DNA of 34,499 nt from an uncultured Planctomycetaceae bacterium (GTDB lineage Bacteria > Planctomycetota > Planctomycetia > Pirellulales > JAEUIK01), in the NCBI GenBank assembly GCA_964576465.1, contig CAZNXE010000002.1:8114-42612 (forward strand), written 5' to 3'. Each line of letters opens with the position of its first letter. Within the stretch, counting starts at the first letter, position 1. The notes under the pieces were generated by a model, which was given only the letters and a program-made list of their open reading frames with translations, was not told the origin of the DNA and did not search any database. Below are positions 9,244 through 18,050 of the stretch, piece by piece. The translations under genes were made by a program, and so were the position numbers.

Positions 9244-10131
9244 ATGTGGGACGATCTGATCTGTCCATTCGATTATGGAACTCTCGATGGCTGGGGATCT
9301 TGGCTGTCGTGTCGCCGGTGTGGTCGTGGATATCCGGTGGTGGATAGCATTCCCACGTTCTTGCCGACCGACGAATCGGCACCATGGCACCAGCGGCAAA
9401 GTATGCTCGCGTCGTCGATGGTTGAATCGCCTGGCAATACAGAACACCCTTGGTCGCGGTCGTTGCGCCAACGTGGACGCGCCGTGGAATCGCGATTGAA
9501 CGAACACATCGAGATCGGTCCCCGCACAAAAATGTTGCAAGTCGGGCTTCGCGGGCAGGGTGAAATTCACCACTTCCAGTGCGGCATTCGGTATGGAATT
9601 GATCCTTTGGCAGGCGTGATGGCCGCGCGAGGATTGCTCAAATGGGGCCAAGTCCGTTGGGCATCGGCGCGTGGCGAGGAGTTGCCTTTCCCGGCGGAAA
9701 ACTTCCAAGTCATTCTGTTGTGCGATATCCTCGCTTGCGTCGAGTCTCCCGAGCGAGTTTTGCACGAAGCACGGCGTTGTTTGGCCGATGATGGTCTGCT
9801 GGTCCTTACGCTCCCGACGCGCATCTCGAGAGGACGCGAAAGCCGAGCTTTGCGGAAGCGATCTTCGAGCATCAGGCCATTGCATCGAGTGAACCGCCAT
9901 CGCGCCGCAAAGTGGTGCGGACAAGCCGGCTTCAAGCAGATCTGGAGCGGGGATGCTGCAGTGGCAAGCAGCGAAGAGAACCGCATGGCAACTTCCCTAG
10001 GCGAGCGGTCCCCCGCGCCGCATCACTGTCTCATCATGCGGCCCACGCACAAGGCCGTTCGTGCCAATCGCGAAGCATCGCATGTTTCCGGTCCCCAACT
10101 GCTGACCACCAAAGAGCTTGCGGACAAGTAA
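9244..10131 (+). CDS. Class I SAM-dependent methyltransferase-like protein with an N-terminal Trm112-like zinc-ribbon
   Basis: LICPFD...LSCRRCGRGYPVVDSIPTFL; GEELPFPAENFQVI; VLHEARRCLADDGLLVL. Confidence 0.7.
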   Translation: MWDDLICPFDYGTLDGWGSWLSCRRCGRGYPVVDSIPTFLPTDESAPWHQRQSMLASSMVESPGNTEHPWSRSLRQRGRAVESRLNEHIEIGPRTKMLQVGLRGQGEIHHFQCGIRYGIDPLAGVMAARGLLKWGQVRWASARGEELPFPAENFQVILLCDILACVESPERVLHEARRCLADDGLLVLTLPTRISRGRESRALRKRSSSIRPLHRVNRHRAAKWCGQAGFKQIWSGDAAVASSEENRMATSLGERSPAPHHCLIMRPTHKAVRANREASHVSGPQLLTTKELADK

Positions 10132-10425
10132 CCGTAAGCATGAGAGCACTTGGCCGAAGTACATTACAAAGCTTCCTCCTTCTCCGGCAATGAATACCCT
10201 TCGGATGCGTCATTCTGTCGTCTGTTGTTGATGTGGGCCTGCCGTGGCGAACGGCTGGCGGAGGAACTTGCCAGATGTAGGGGCCTTTCTTGCTTTGATT
10301 CGCCGCTGCCGTAGTGCATAATCTGCCTGTCGGTGGGCAACGATGCTGGAATCGTTTTTTCAGCTCGCTATCGAGTGACACAATTATACGCAATCGATTA
10401 CGCGCTAAATCGAGGTTTGAGTCCT

Positions 10426-11853
10426 ATGACCAGTAGCCAAAAGCGACGTTGGTATCCCACCTTCAATCGGCGTCGCCGCTCGTCAGCACCCTCGACGCGA
10501 ACCATCGCAAGTTGCAACAACCGGTCGCTCAGGGTCGACGCCTTAGAAGACCGTCGCATGTTGGCCGGTAGCGCCGGCGACATCGTCACGATTGGCGATA
10601 GTTGGGCATGGTTGATTGCGGCGAACGCCCCTGGTTCGGCACCGCCGGTGCCCGGGTTTAACAACAGCCTTCAACAAATGCTCGATGTGTTCCATCCGGG
10701 CGCCACGGTCTACAACGAATCGTTCGGCGGCGGCTTGGCCGCGCAACATGTGCTCGATCTCGCTGGCATCACCAACCGCATCAATGCGAATCCCGACGCC
10801 GACGTTGTATGGCTGAGTTCCGGCGGCAACGACATTGTCGGCGGGGCGTTTGTCGGTGGGTATAACATTTTGAACGGCGTTGACTTGAATGCCCTCAAGA
10901 CCCGTATCGTCAACGATGTCATGACCATTGCCAACCACATTCTGAGCATTCGCCCCGATATTCAAGTCGTCATCGAGGGCTACGACTACATCAATATTTG
11001 GGACACTTACTCACCGGTTTCAGCGGGCGATGTTGATCGGCTCGCGCTCTATGGCATCGTGCGCGCCGACACAGGATTTCCCTTGTTCGACGATGCGTTT
11101 AACCTTGCTTCAAACGCTGACTTCAACAGCTACATGAAAGATGTTGGGACGGGGGCGAACAGCAAGAAAACGATCGGTGACAACAGCAGCCGCATTCACT
11201 ACATCGACAACTTTGGCCTTAACAGTTCGGTATTTGGCTACAACGGCTTTCTCGGCAATGTGCCGGCGACAGGAGTCTTTCCTCCAGATCAATATCCCGC
11301 CCTGCCCACCGACATAAGTCTTATGAATGATCCAATTCATCTAAACTCGGCCGGTTACTTAAATCTATCGCTCAGGGCGGAACAAGAATTCTTCAGCACG
11401 GCGTTTCAAGATGCTGTGTTGGCGACAAGTACATCGACGCTGAACTTCGGCAATGTGCGCGTGGGCGACACGAGTGGTTCGCAAACCGTCACCGCGTCGA
11501 ACGCTGGCCCGAACTTCACAAAGGTGAAGGACGTGATCTTCCCGGGGGGTTCGGGAGATTTTTCGGGAAGCGGTTCGGCTAGTAATCCGCTGTTCATGGA
11601 CCCCAGCCTGGGGAGCGATACGGCAGTGAGCGCGCCGTACAACTTCTCGCCGGGCACGCGGGGCAACAGTTCCGCGAATCTCACGGTGACCAGCGACAGT
11701 GGCAACCAACCGTTGACGCTTTCAGGCACCGGTGTCGGGCCGGTGTACGACAGCGTGTCGACACTCGATTTAGGAACGATCGTTCAGGGTGGAAGCACGT
11801 CGCAAACCATCGACATCAACAACATTACGACCGACGGCGATCTGGGATCTTGA
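10426..11853 (+). CDS. N-terminal part of a large extracellular protein: planctomycete N-terminal motif, SGNH/GDSL hydrolase and Ig-like domains (ends at a probable frameshift)
   Basis: LRVDALEDRRMLA motif. SGNH blocks GDSW, GGND and DPIH. Ig-like LNFGNVRVG...L.VTSD...L.GTGV. ATG 10426 follows GAGG. Confidence 0.75.
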   Translation: MTSSQKRRWYPTFNRRRRSSAPSTRTIASCNNRSLRVDALEDRRMLAGSAGDIVTIGDSWAWLIAANAPGSAPPVPGFNNSLQQMLDVFHPGATVYNESFGGGLAAQHVLDLAGITNRINANPDADVVWLSSGGNDIVGGAFVGGYNILNGVDLNALKTRIVNDVMTIANHILSIRPDIQVVIEGYDYINIWDTYSPVSAGDVDRLALYGIVRADTGFPLFDDAFNLASNADFNSYMKDVGTGANSKKTIGDNSSRIHYIDNFGLNSSVFGYNGFLGNVPATGVFPPDQYPALPTDISLMNDPIHLNSAGYLNLSLRAEQEFFSTAFQDAVLATSTSTLNFGNVRVGDTSGSQTVTASNAGPNFTKVKDVIFPGGSGDFSGSGSASNPLFMDPSLGSDTAVSAPYNFSPGTRGNSSANLTVTSDSGNQPLTLSGTGVGPVYDSVSTLDLGTIVQGGSTSQTIDINNITTDGDLGS

Positions 11854-13376
11854 CCGATTTGACGCTGCTCACGACCACCCTCACAGGGCCCGATGCCGCG
11901 GCATTTTCGCTCGATACGTTCGTACCGCTGACTGTCATTGGAGCCAGTGGTATCGAAGTCCTTTCGGTTGAGTTCGATGCGACCGGCCTCTCGCCGGGGG
12001 CGAAGACCGCGACGCTGACGTTCACGACCGACGAAGGATCATCCGTCGGAACGCTCGGTGCCCAGTTTCAAGTCACCCTAACCGTGATCGTCGATCCTGC
12101 CGCCACCGCTGACATCGGTGGACCCTACACCGGCGACGAAGGAACGCTGATTGCACTGAGCGGGGCGGCGAGCACCGGCGCGGTGCTGTACGAGTGGGAT
12201 TTGGACAACGACGGGCAGTATGACGATGCGACTGGCGAGAACGTCAACTTCAACGCCGCCGACAACGGCGTGTTCACCATCGGGCTGCGGATCAACGGTG
12301 ACAATTCTCTTACCGACGCGACGACCGTCACGGTGAACAACGTCGCGCCCGCGGCTGCGATTAGCGGCACGACCGACATCTATCGTGGTGAGACAGTTAT
12401 CTACACGCTCACCGCAACCGATCCTTCGCCGGTCGATCAGGCCGGCTTGTTCACCTTCGAGATTGATTGGGACGGCAACGGCACCGTCGACGAAACGGTT
12501 GCCAATGTGATCAGCGGCACCACCGTGCAGCGCACGTTCCCGACGTTGGCGGCCAACGACATTCAAGTTCGCGCCACCGACAAAGACGCCGCCACCGGCA
12601 GCTTCGCTCAAACGCCAATCACGGTCAGCCCTCATGTGCTGCGCGACGATGGGTTCGGCAACATCGATCTCATCTACGGTGGCACACCGGGGTTCGATGC
12701 GGTGTTCGTGCTTGGCTCAGGCCCCGGACTGTCGCTCTTCGTGCAGTTTGAAAATCTAGTTGCGGTCAACCGGCTCGACTTCATCGGTTCGGGCGTCACT
12801 GGCAAGATCATCCTGCACGGCTACGATTTCATCGATGTATTGGTTGGCCAATTTGCCAACGGCAACGTGGTTGAAATTCACGGCGGCGATGGCGACGACG
12901 TGGTCGTCGGTGGCCCCTTGAGTGATATTTTGTTTGGCGATGGCGGCAACGATCTCATCTTGGGCGGAACCCAAGCCACCGATGGCGACGATCAACTTTT
13001 CGGCGGTTCAGGCCGCGACGTTCTGTTCGGCAACATCGGTGCCGACACCTTGGACGGTGGCACTGGCGAAGATCTGCTGGTCAGCGATCGACTCAACTTC
13101 ACCGGCAGCACGGCACAGGCAGTGATCGCAATTAGCGACGAATGGAAGTCAGCCCGACCCTTTGCCGAACGGGTAACCAACATCCTGGGCACCACCTTCA
13201 CCGGCTCCAACGGCAGCACAATCCTGGATCCAGGCGTGAACATCCTCGACGACGTCGCACAAGACACGCTCATCGGCGGTCTCGGCGACCTGGACTGGTT
13301 CTTCTACGACTTCGACCAAGACCTCCTCGGCGACGCGATCGAAGTCGACGAAGAAGAAACCGATAGCGACCCGTAA
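11850..13376 (+). CDS. C-terminal part of the same surface protein: Ig-like, PKD-like and RTX/hemolysin-type Ca-binding repeats
   Basis: YEWDLDNDGQYDDATG, IDWDGNG and repeated GGxGxDxLxG. The ORF begins in mid-domain at a TTG overlapping the upstream TGA, in the -1 frame. Confidence 0.75.
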   Translation: MTDLTLLTTTLTGPDAAAFSLDTFVPLTVIGASGIEVLSVEFDATGLSPGAKTATLTFTTDEGSSVGTLGAQFQVTLTVIVDPAATADIGGPYTGDEGTLIALSGAASTGAVLYEWDLDNDGQYDDATGENVNFNAADNGVFTIGLRINGDNSLTDATTVTVNNVAPAAAISGTTDIYRGETVIYTLTATDPSPVDQAGLFTFEIDWDGNGTVDETVANVISGTTVQRTFPTLAANDIQVRATDKDAATGSFAQTPITVSPHVLRDDGFGNIDLIYGGTPGFDAVFVLGSGPGLSLFVQFENLVAVNRLDFIGSGVTGKIILHGYDFIDVLVGQFANGNVVEIHGGDGDDVVVGGPLSDILFGDGGNDLILGGTQATDGDDQLFGGSGRDVLFGNIGADTLDGGTGEDLLVSDRLNFTGSTAQAVIAISDEWKSARPFAERVTNILGTTFTGSNGSTILDPGVNILDDVAQDTLIGGLGDLDWFFYDFDQDLLGDAIEVDEEETDSDP

Positions 13377-13413
13377 GGGCTTGGCTACCATCGCAATCTG
13401 CTTGCCGATCGGT

Positions 13414-15738
13414 CTATTCTTTCTCGGGAGCGACCAGCTTGGCCAACGGTCGCAGCACTTCGACGGCTGCCGGCGGGAACGCCGCTGCCTCCTTGCTCCA
13501 AAAGCTGACGACCGCCGCCTGGCCATCAATGGTGATCGGCACATGCAGGCTACTGCTTACAGCCGTCGACATCGTCTTCAGATCTCCACCGCCGGCAGTT
13601 GAAAGGGTGTCGTACACGGTTTCGTTGCCACCGGTGGCAATCTTGGCCAGCGTCGATTTTTTGGTCGCATATTCGAGGTCCGTCCGACCCAACGGATAGT
13701 CGAGCACGATCGGTTGTGCAACCTGAAGGAAACGCAGCGTGGGGCCGTCGACGACGCTGACGCCGATGCGGTCTACCTGCGGTACAATGCGTGCAACGCG
13801 CTGCAAGAACTTGTCGGCGTCCTCTTGCGATTCAAGAAATCTACCGGCGGCGCGCCGGGCCAGCCCCGTGATTCGCGGCGGCTTTTGCTTCGCTTTCTCA
13901 AGGAATCGGGCCGTACGTGTCTTGGCGTTCTTATCGAATTCGGTCGAATCGATATCGTCACTCTCGGAGTACCAGCCGATCATCATCTCTTCCCACGTTT
14001 GATCGCCCCAATAGACATCCGATGTTGGGTCGGGGTTTGCCAGGTTGTCTTCCGAATTGTCGAAGTGTGCCAGGCAATAGAGTTGCGAGCCCGCGGGCGC
14101 CAATTTTGGCTCGGCCAACATGTAGATCGTTTGCCAGTTGAAGTCGTATTGCGGTACGTCGAGCAGGGTTTCAACGCGGCCATCGGGATAACGAAGGTCG
14201 TAGCGGAACGCCTTGCCACGCAGATGCATGTGCGGGGCAAACGTCAATAGCAACGTGTCTTTGTGGAATGTCTTGGTCGCCTCGACCGGATGATTGTTCT
14301 CGCCAGCGGGAATCTTGAACCCAAAGTTGATCGCCATGTTCATGCGCACATCGTGCTTCACTTCCGAGGCATCGCGGAACTTAAAGCCAACTGCCGTGCG
14401 ATCGGTTGTCTCGTGGCCGTTTGCCGTGTAGTGCATCTGGAAAATGAGCTTGGTGCCAGCCTTAAGATGTGTGGCCATGCCGTCGGCAAATGTCCAGGGT
14501 GGCGTTCCCGGTGCGGCACCCGCGATCAACTCGATGCCACCTTTCCCAGGATTAAACTCGCCATCGCCACGGCCCTCTTCCGCACTCCGGAAGTCGGGTT
14601 CGGGGGTGCCCGGCGGGAGCGAGAACACGAAGATGTGATGCACCACAGAGCGGTTCCCCAGCAAACACTCCGAACCGCACATCCAACGGTCTTCTTTCCA
14701 GCCGGGATCCACGGTGAAGTATTGATAGTCGATCGCCCCGTCGGCGGGCACGGTGTAGGGTTCGTCGCTCATGTAATAGACCGCATCGGGCTCGCCCATT
14801 TGCCAACCCTCGGGATACTCGATCGGCTCGGGAAGTTCCGCCGGGTCGCCTTGGGGGGCGCCGTTGCGAACCCAGGCGTAGATCGTCTCCTTGTCTTCGT
14901 TGGGCATGCTGCGGTCGTTGAGAAAGTGGCCGTACTTCGGATCCGCGTGCCATGGAGGCATCCGCTGCAAGCGTACGACTTCCTCGATCATTTCGGCCCA
15001 ACCTACAATTTCGTCATACTCGGTTAGCGAGAAGGGAGCGATTTGCCCTGGGCGGTGGCACTCGACGCAGTGAGTTTGCAGAATACGTGCGATCTGGTTC
15101 GTGTAGGTGATCTCGCTGTTGAGGTTCGGCTCGCGAATTCGCCCAATCAGGCAGCCCGGGGCGTCGGTCGTCGACGGTTCCATGGTCTCGCCCGCAAGGA
15201 CCGCCTCGATCGATTCGGCCAAATAGCGGCGGCGGACATCGGTCTTGGCATAGCCGGTGCTTGGCCCGAGGCCATACTGATCGTCGACGCGACCTCGATA
15301 GCGGATGACGCGCTGCGCGTCGAGCACGAACACTTCTGGTGTTCGCAGGGCGGCAAACTGGTCGGCCACTACGTTGCCGGTGTCTTTTAGAAGCGGAAAC
15401 TTCACGCCATGGATCCGCGCGAAGTGGGCCAGCTCGGTAACCGAATCTTGACGATTCGAATACACGCCCAGGAACGTTACATCCCGAGCAGCGAATTCGT
15501 CAGCGAGTTTTTGCAATCGTGGGCCATAAAGTTTGGCCAACGGGCATTCGGTGCCCAGAAAGGCCACGACCACGCATGGGCTAGAAGCGTATTCCTCCAG
15601 CGTGTGTTCGCGTCCGCGGAAGTCCTGCATCGCAAATCCATCGATCTGTTGCCCGATGGAACTCGCCGGATCGATCTCAGCCGCAACCGTGGGCATCGCT
15701 ATGGCCATGACAACTAGGATGGGTGTTACGTATCGCAT
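13414..15738 (-). CDS. Exported redoxin + cytochrome c + copper type II (PHM/DBH-like) monooxygenase-fold protein with a C-terminal GAF-like domain
   Basis: Signal peptide; redoxin FLGTECPLA...RTPEVFVLD...YRGRVDDQY; CVECH heme-c motif; VVHH, QMHY, PHMHLRG and EEMM copper-ligand-like motifs. ATG 15738 follows GAGG. Confidence 0.8.
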   Translation of the reverse strand: MRYVTPILVVMAIAMPTVAAEIDPASSIGQQIDGFAMQDFRGREHTLEEYASSPCVVVAFLGTECPLAKLYGPRLQKLADEFAARDVTFLGVYSNRQDSVTELAHFARIHGVKFPLLKDTGNVVADQFAALRTPEVFVLDAQRVIRYRGRVDDQYGLGPSTGYAKTDVRRRYLAESIEAVLAGETMEPSTTDAPGCLIGRIREPNLNSEITYTNQIARILQTHCVECHRPGQIAPFSLTEYDEIVGWAEMIEEVVRLQRMPPWHADPKYGHFLNDRSMPNEDKETIYAWVRNGAPQGDPAELPEPIEYPEGWQMGEPDAVYYMSDEPYTVPADGAIDYQYFTVDPGWKEDRWMCGSECLLGNRSVVHHIFVFSLPPGTPEPDFRSAEEGRGDGEFNPGKGGIELIAGAAPGTPPWTFADGMATHLKAGTKLIFQMHYTANGHETTDRTAVGFKFRDASEVKHDVRMNMAINFGFKIPAGENNHPVEATKTFHKDTLLLTFAPHMHLRGKAFRYDLRYPDGRVETLLDVPQYDFNWQTIYMLAEPKLAPAGSQLYCLAHFDNSEDNLANPDPTSDVYWGDQTWEEMMIGWYSESDDIDSTEFDKNAKTRTARFLEKAKQKPPRITGLARRAAGRFLESQEDADKFLQRVARIVPQVDRIGVSVVDGPTLRFLQVAQPIVLDYPLGRTDLEYATKKSTLAKIATGGNETVYDTLSTAGGGDLKTMSTAVSSSLHVPITIDGQAAVVSFWSKEAAAFPPAAVEVLRPLAKLVAPEKE

Positions 15739-15835
15739 CGCATTTCCTCGCAGGTTTGGGCCCCGCAACAGTGGCAATCCCAGGTTGCCCTGGTAGTTGG
15801 TTCGGTTGTTTTGAAGGGATCGTTTCAATGCACTC

Positions 15836-16495
15836 TCAGCATGCTTGTGGTGAGATGCCCAAGTAACTCAAAAAACAGCGCACGAGTTCGCCCGGCAGTC
15901 GGGCATCGTGCAGTTCGATGATTTCGACCTCGCTCACGCGAAACAGGGTGAGGCGATCTAGCGTGCTGAGGATCATCTGCAATCCGATTTGGATGGCCAA
16001 CGTGGGGTCGGGATGTTCGATCGTCTCGGCACGCGCCAAGATCAGATCACGTAGGCGACCGACCAGATGTGCATTCAACGGAAGCCACCGTTTGCAGAAC
16101 TCATCATCGACACAGCCTCGCACGATGAACGCGCGAATCAGGCCGGTCTTCTGGCGGTAGACTTCGACCAGAAAGGGAATCGTCTCGCTAAGAATCTCGG
16201 CGATCGAACTCGCTTCCCATCGCACGGGATCGAGCACGGCGTCGGTCGTTGCCATGGCCTCATCGGTAAAGCGATCGTGGAGGCAACCCAGCAGGGCTTC
16301 TTTTTCCTTGAAGCGACCATAGAAGGCACCGACGGAGGTTTCCGAACGGCGAACAATCTCGGCAACGGTCGCGCCCTCGAAACCCTTCTCGGCAATGACT
16401 TCCTCAGCCGCATCGAGCATTCGCTCAAGGCTCATCTGGCTACGCGATTGAAGCGGCGGCTTGACCCAACCGACGCGCCCGACAACTTGGCTCAT
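15836..16495 (-). CDS. TetR/AcrR family transcriptional regulator
   Basis: N-terminal HTH (MLDAAEEVIAEKGFEGATVAEIVRRSETSVGAFYGRFKEKEALL). Confidence 0.92.
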   Translation of the reverse strand: MSQVVGRVGWVKPPLQSRSQMSLERMLDAAEEVIAEKGFEGATVAEIVRRSETSVGAFYGRFKEKEALLGCLHDRFTDEAMATTDAVLDPVRWEASSIAEILSETIPFLVEVYRQKTGLIRAFIVRGCVDDEFCKRWLPLNAHLVGRLRDLILARAETIEHPDPTLAIQIGLQMILSTLDRLTLFRVSEVEIIELHDARLPGELVRCFLSYLGISPQAC

Positions 16496-16566
16496 CCCAC
16501 ACTCCCGATCTTCAATCAATGCCCGCCGGCGAGCAGATTCCCCCGGCAGAGATTCAAGCTGATAGC

Positions 16567-16586
16567 AGAATAAGAATTCTTATTCT
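16567..16586. promoter_or_regulatory. Perfect 20-bp palindrome, candidate TetR operator
   Basis: AGAATAAGAATTCTTATTCT is its own reverse complement. It lies about 70 bp upstream of the TetR start, just downstream of a minus-strand TTGACA (16616-16611) / TAAAAA (16593-16588) pair with a 17-bp spacer. Confidence 0.7.
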
Positions 16587-16741
16587 ATTTTTATCGGTAT
16601 GCAGAAGTGCTGTCAAGAAAGAAAGTTGCGTCAAGAGAGCGGATTCTTGGCGCACGAACGGAAGAGTGTGCGGCTTTAGCTGTAAGTCTATTATTGACTT
16701 GGTCTTACGCTAAGTAACCGAGTCGCATTTGTAATCCAGCG

Positions 16742-17662
16742 CTATGACGATCGCATGCGTCGAGAACGCCACAAGGCCAAAGGCAAGAAGGCTAGCGCGA
16801 AGCTGGCGAGGGTCAGCGTTCCGGGTTCAGGTACGGGTATGGTTGTTCTGGCGACTAACACACCGGTAAAGCCGATACTCACGGGACGGATGAGCCCGGG
16901 GCTGGGGAACCCATCATCCGAACCATATAGAGCCTCCACACTTACCGGTATGACTATCTCAAAATCGCCGCCGCCGAGGGAAATTAGGGTTCCGTCAATA
17001 TCAGAGTCGGATGTGTTATCCTCACCGCTCAAATCAAGGAAGCTAAAATCTCCGAATATATTGGATTCGAACGTAGCTCCAGTAACCACGGTCCCCCCCG
17101 TGGCTCGAATTGGGAAACGACTCGAAAATGTCATCGTTTCGCCAACTGGAAGGTTTGGCGAAATCGGCAGCGAGATTCCTTGCAGGTTTGTTTCAAATAT
17201 ACGAAACAGGAAGGAAAAATCGAAAATGGCCGTCGTGACTGTGACTGGTGGTCCTCCCAGGATGTCAGGTCCGATAGCGATTTCGTGACCATAGTTGGCT
17301 GGACCAGAAACAATAGACGTTGGATCCGTGCCCTCTGCCCTCCAAGTACCGCTGTTCGCGGCGACGATGTCGCTGCTAATTCCAGAGGAGATCATTCCGC
17401 TGGCGAGGTCTAAGTCGGCGTCAAACGTCCCACTGTAACTGGTCACCAACGAGCCAGGCCCCTGTCCAAAGGAGAGGATGTCAAAAAATGGAATACTACC
17501 GGGAATAGCGACATCTCCGATGGGAGAGAGATCTATTGTCGATAAAGTCAGTTGGCTGCGAGATGGGTCGAGCGTGAAGGTCAAGGGCACAGCCTGGGCT
17601 GATGTGGCTGCTGCAATCAATCCAAAAGCGAGTGTGTAGCCAAAGCATTTGTATCGCGTCAT
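16742..17662 (-). CDS. PEP-CTERM sorting-domain protein
   Basis: Signal peptide ending ATSAQA. C-terminal VPEP + hydrophobic helix + RSRRMR. ATG 17662 follows GAGGGTGG; alternative start at 17695. Confidence 0.88.
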   Translation of the reverse strand: MTRYKCFGYTLAFGLIAAATSAQAVPLTFTLDPSRSQLTLSTIDLSPIGDVAIPGSIPFFDILSFGQGPGSLVTSYSGTFDADLDLASGMISSGISSDIVAANSGTWRAEGTDPTSIVSGPANYGHEIAIGPDILGGPPVTVTTAIFDFSFLFRIFETNLQGISLPISPNLPVGETMTFSSRFPIRATGGTVVTGATFESNIFGDFSFLDLSGEDNTSDSDIDGTLISLGGGDFEIVIPVSVEALYGSDDGFPSPGLIRPVSIGFTGVLVARTTIPVPEPGTLTLASFALAFLPLALWRSRRMRSS

Positions 17663-17778
17663 GTTTGCCACCCTCTGGGCTTGTCCTGTTGCCATGATTC
17701 TGGAACTAAGATTGTCTTCGAGGCCAAGGAAAAGACCTTCTCAAGGTACTGCTCCTGGGCTGTTCCATATTGCTCATC

Positions 17779-17853
17779 AAAAAAAACGACCTCTCAATTG
17801 TTTCTACTACTGGCCAGCACATGGGCGGCGGTAGAAGAAATTGAGAGGTCGTT
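17779..17853 (-). terminator. Long-stem intrinsic terminator (possible attenuator or sRNA end)
   Basis: Perfect 15-bp arms at 17785-17799 and 17839-17853, extended by TTCTAC/GTAGAA. A8 at 17779-17786 gives U8 on the minus strand. Confidence 0.75.
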
Positions 17854-17943
17854 ATTGAATTAGCGTTACTGCCGAGTTTGTCGTGTTAGGTAAGAGTCGC
17901 TCGAACACTGAATGGTGGTGCGGGTTCAACAATCAGCAACACA

Positions 17944-17972
17944 ATTCTCATTGAATTTCCCTCAGATGTCAA
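17944..17972 (-). promoter_or_regulatory. Candidate sigma70 promoter
   Basis: Minus strand TTGACA (17972-17967), 17-bp spacer, GAGAAT (17949-17944). Confidence 0.55.
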
Positions 17973-18050
17973 GGATTTTGAAAACGGAATTTCCAGAGAA
18001 ACCGCATGTTTTTCTGCCTAGCAAATGGTTGAGCTACCCGAAAACGGATT

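Noticed and set aside
11840-11853. Programmed -1 frameshift or Sec read-through at the TGA
   Set aside because: There is no slippery heptamer, the continuation is in another frame, and there is no redox motif.
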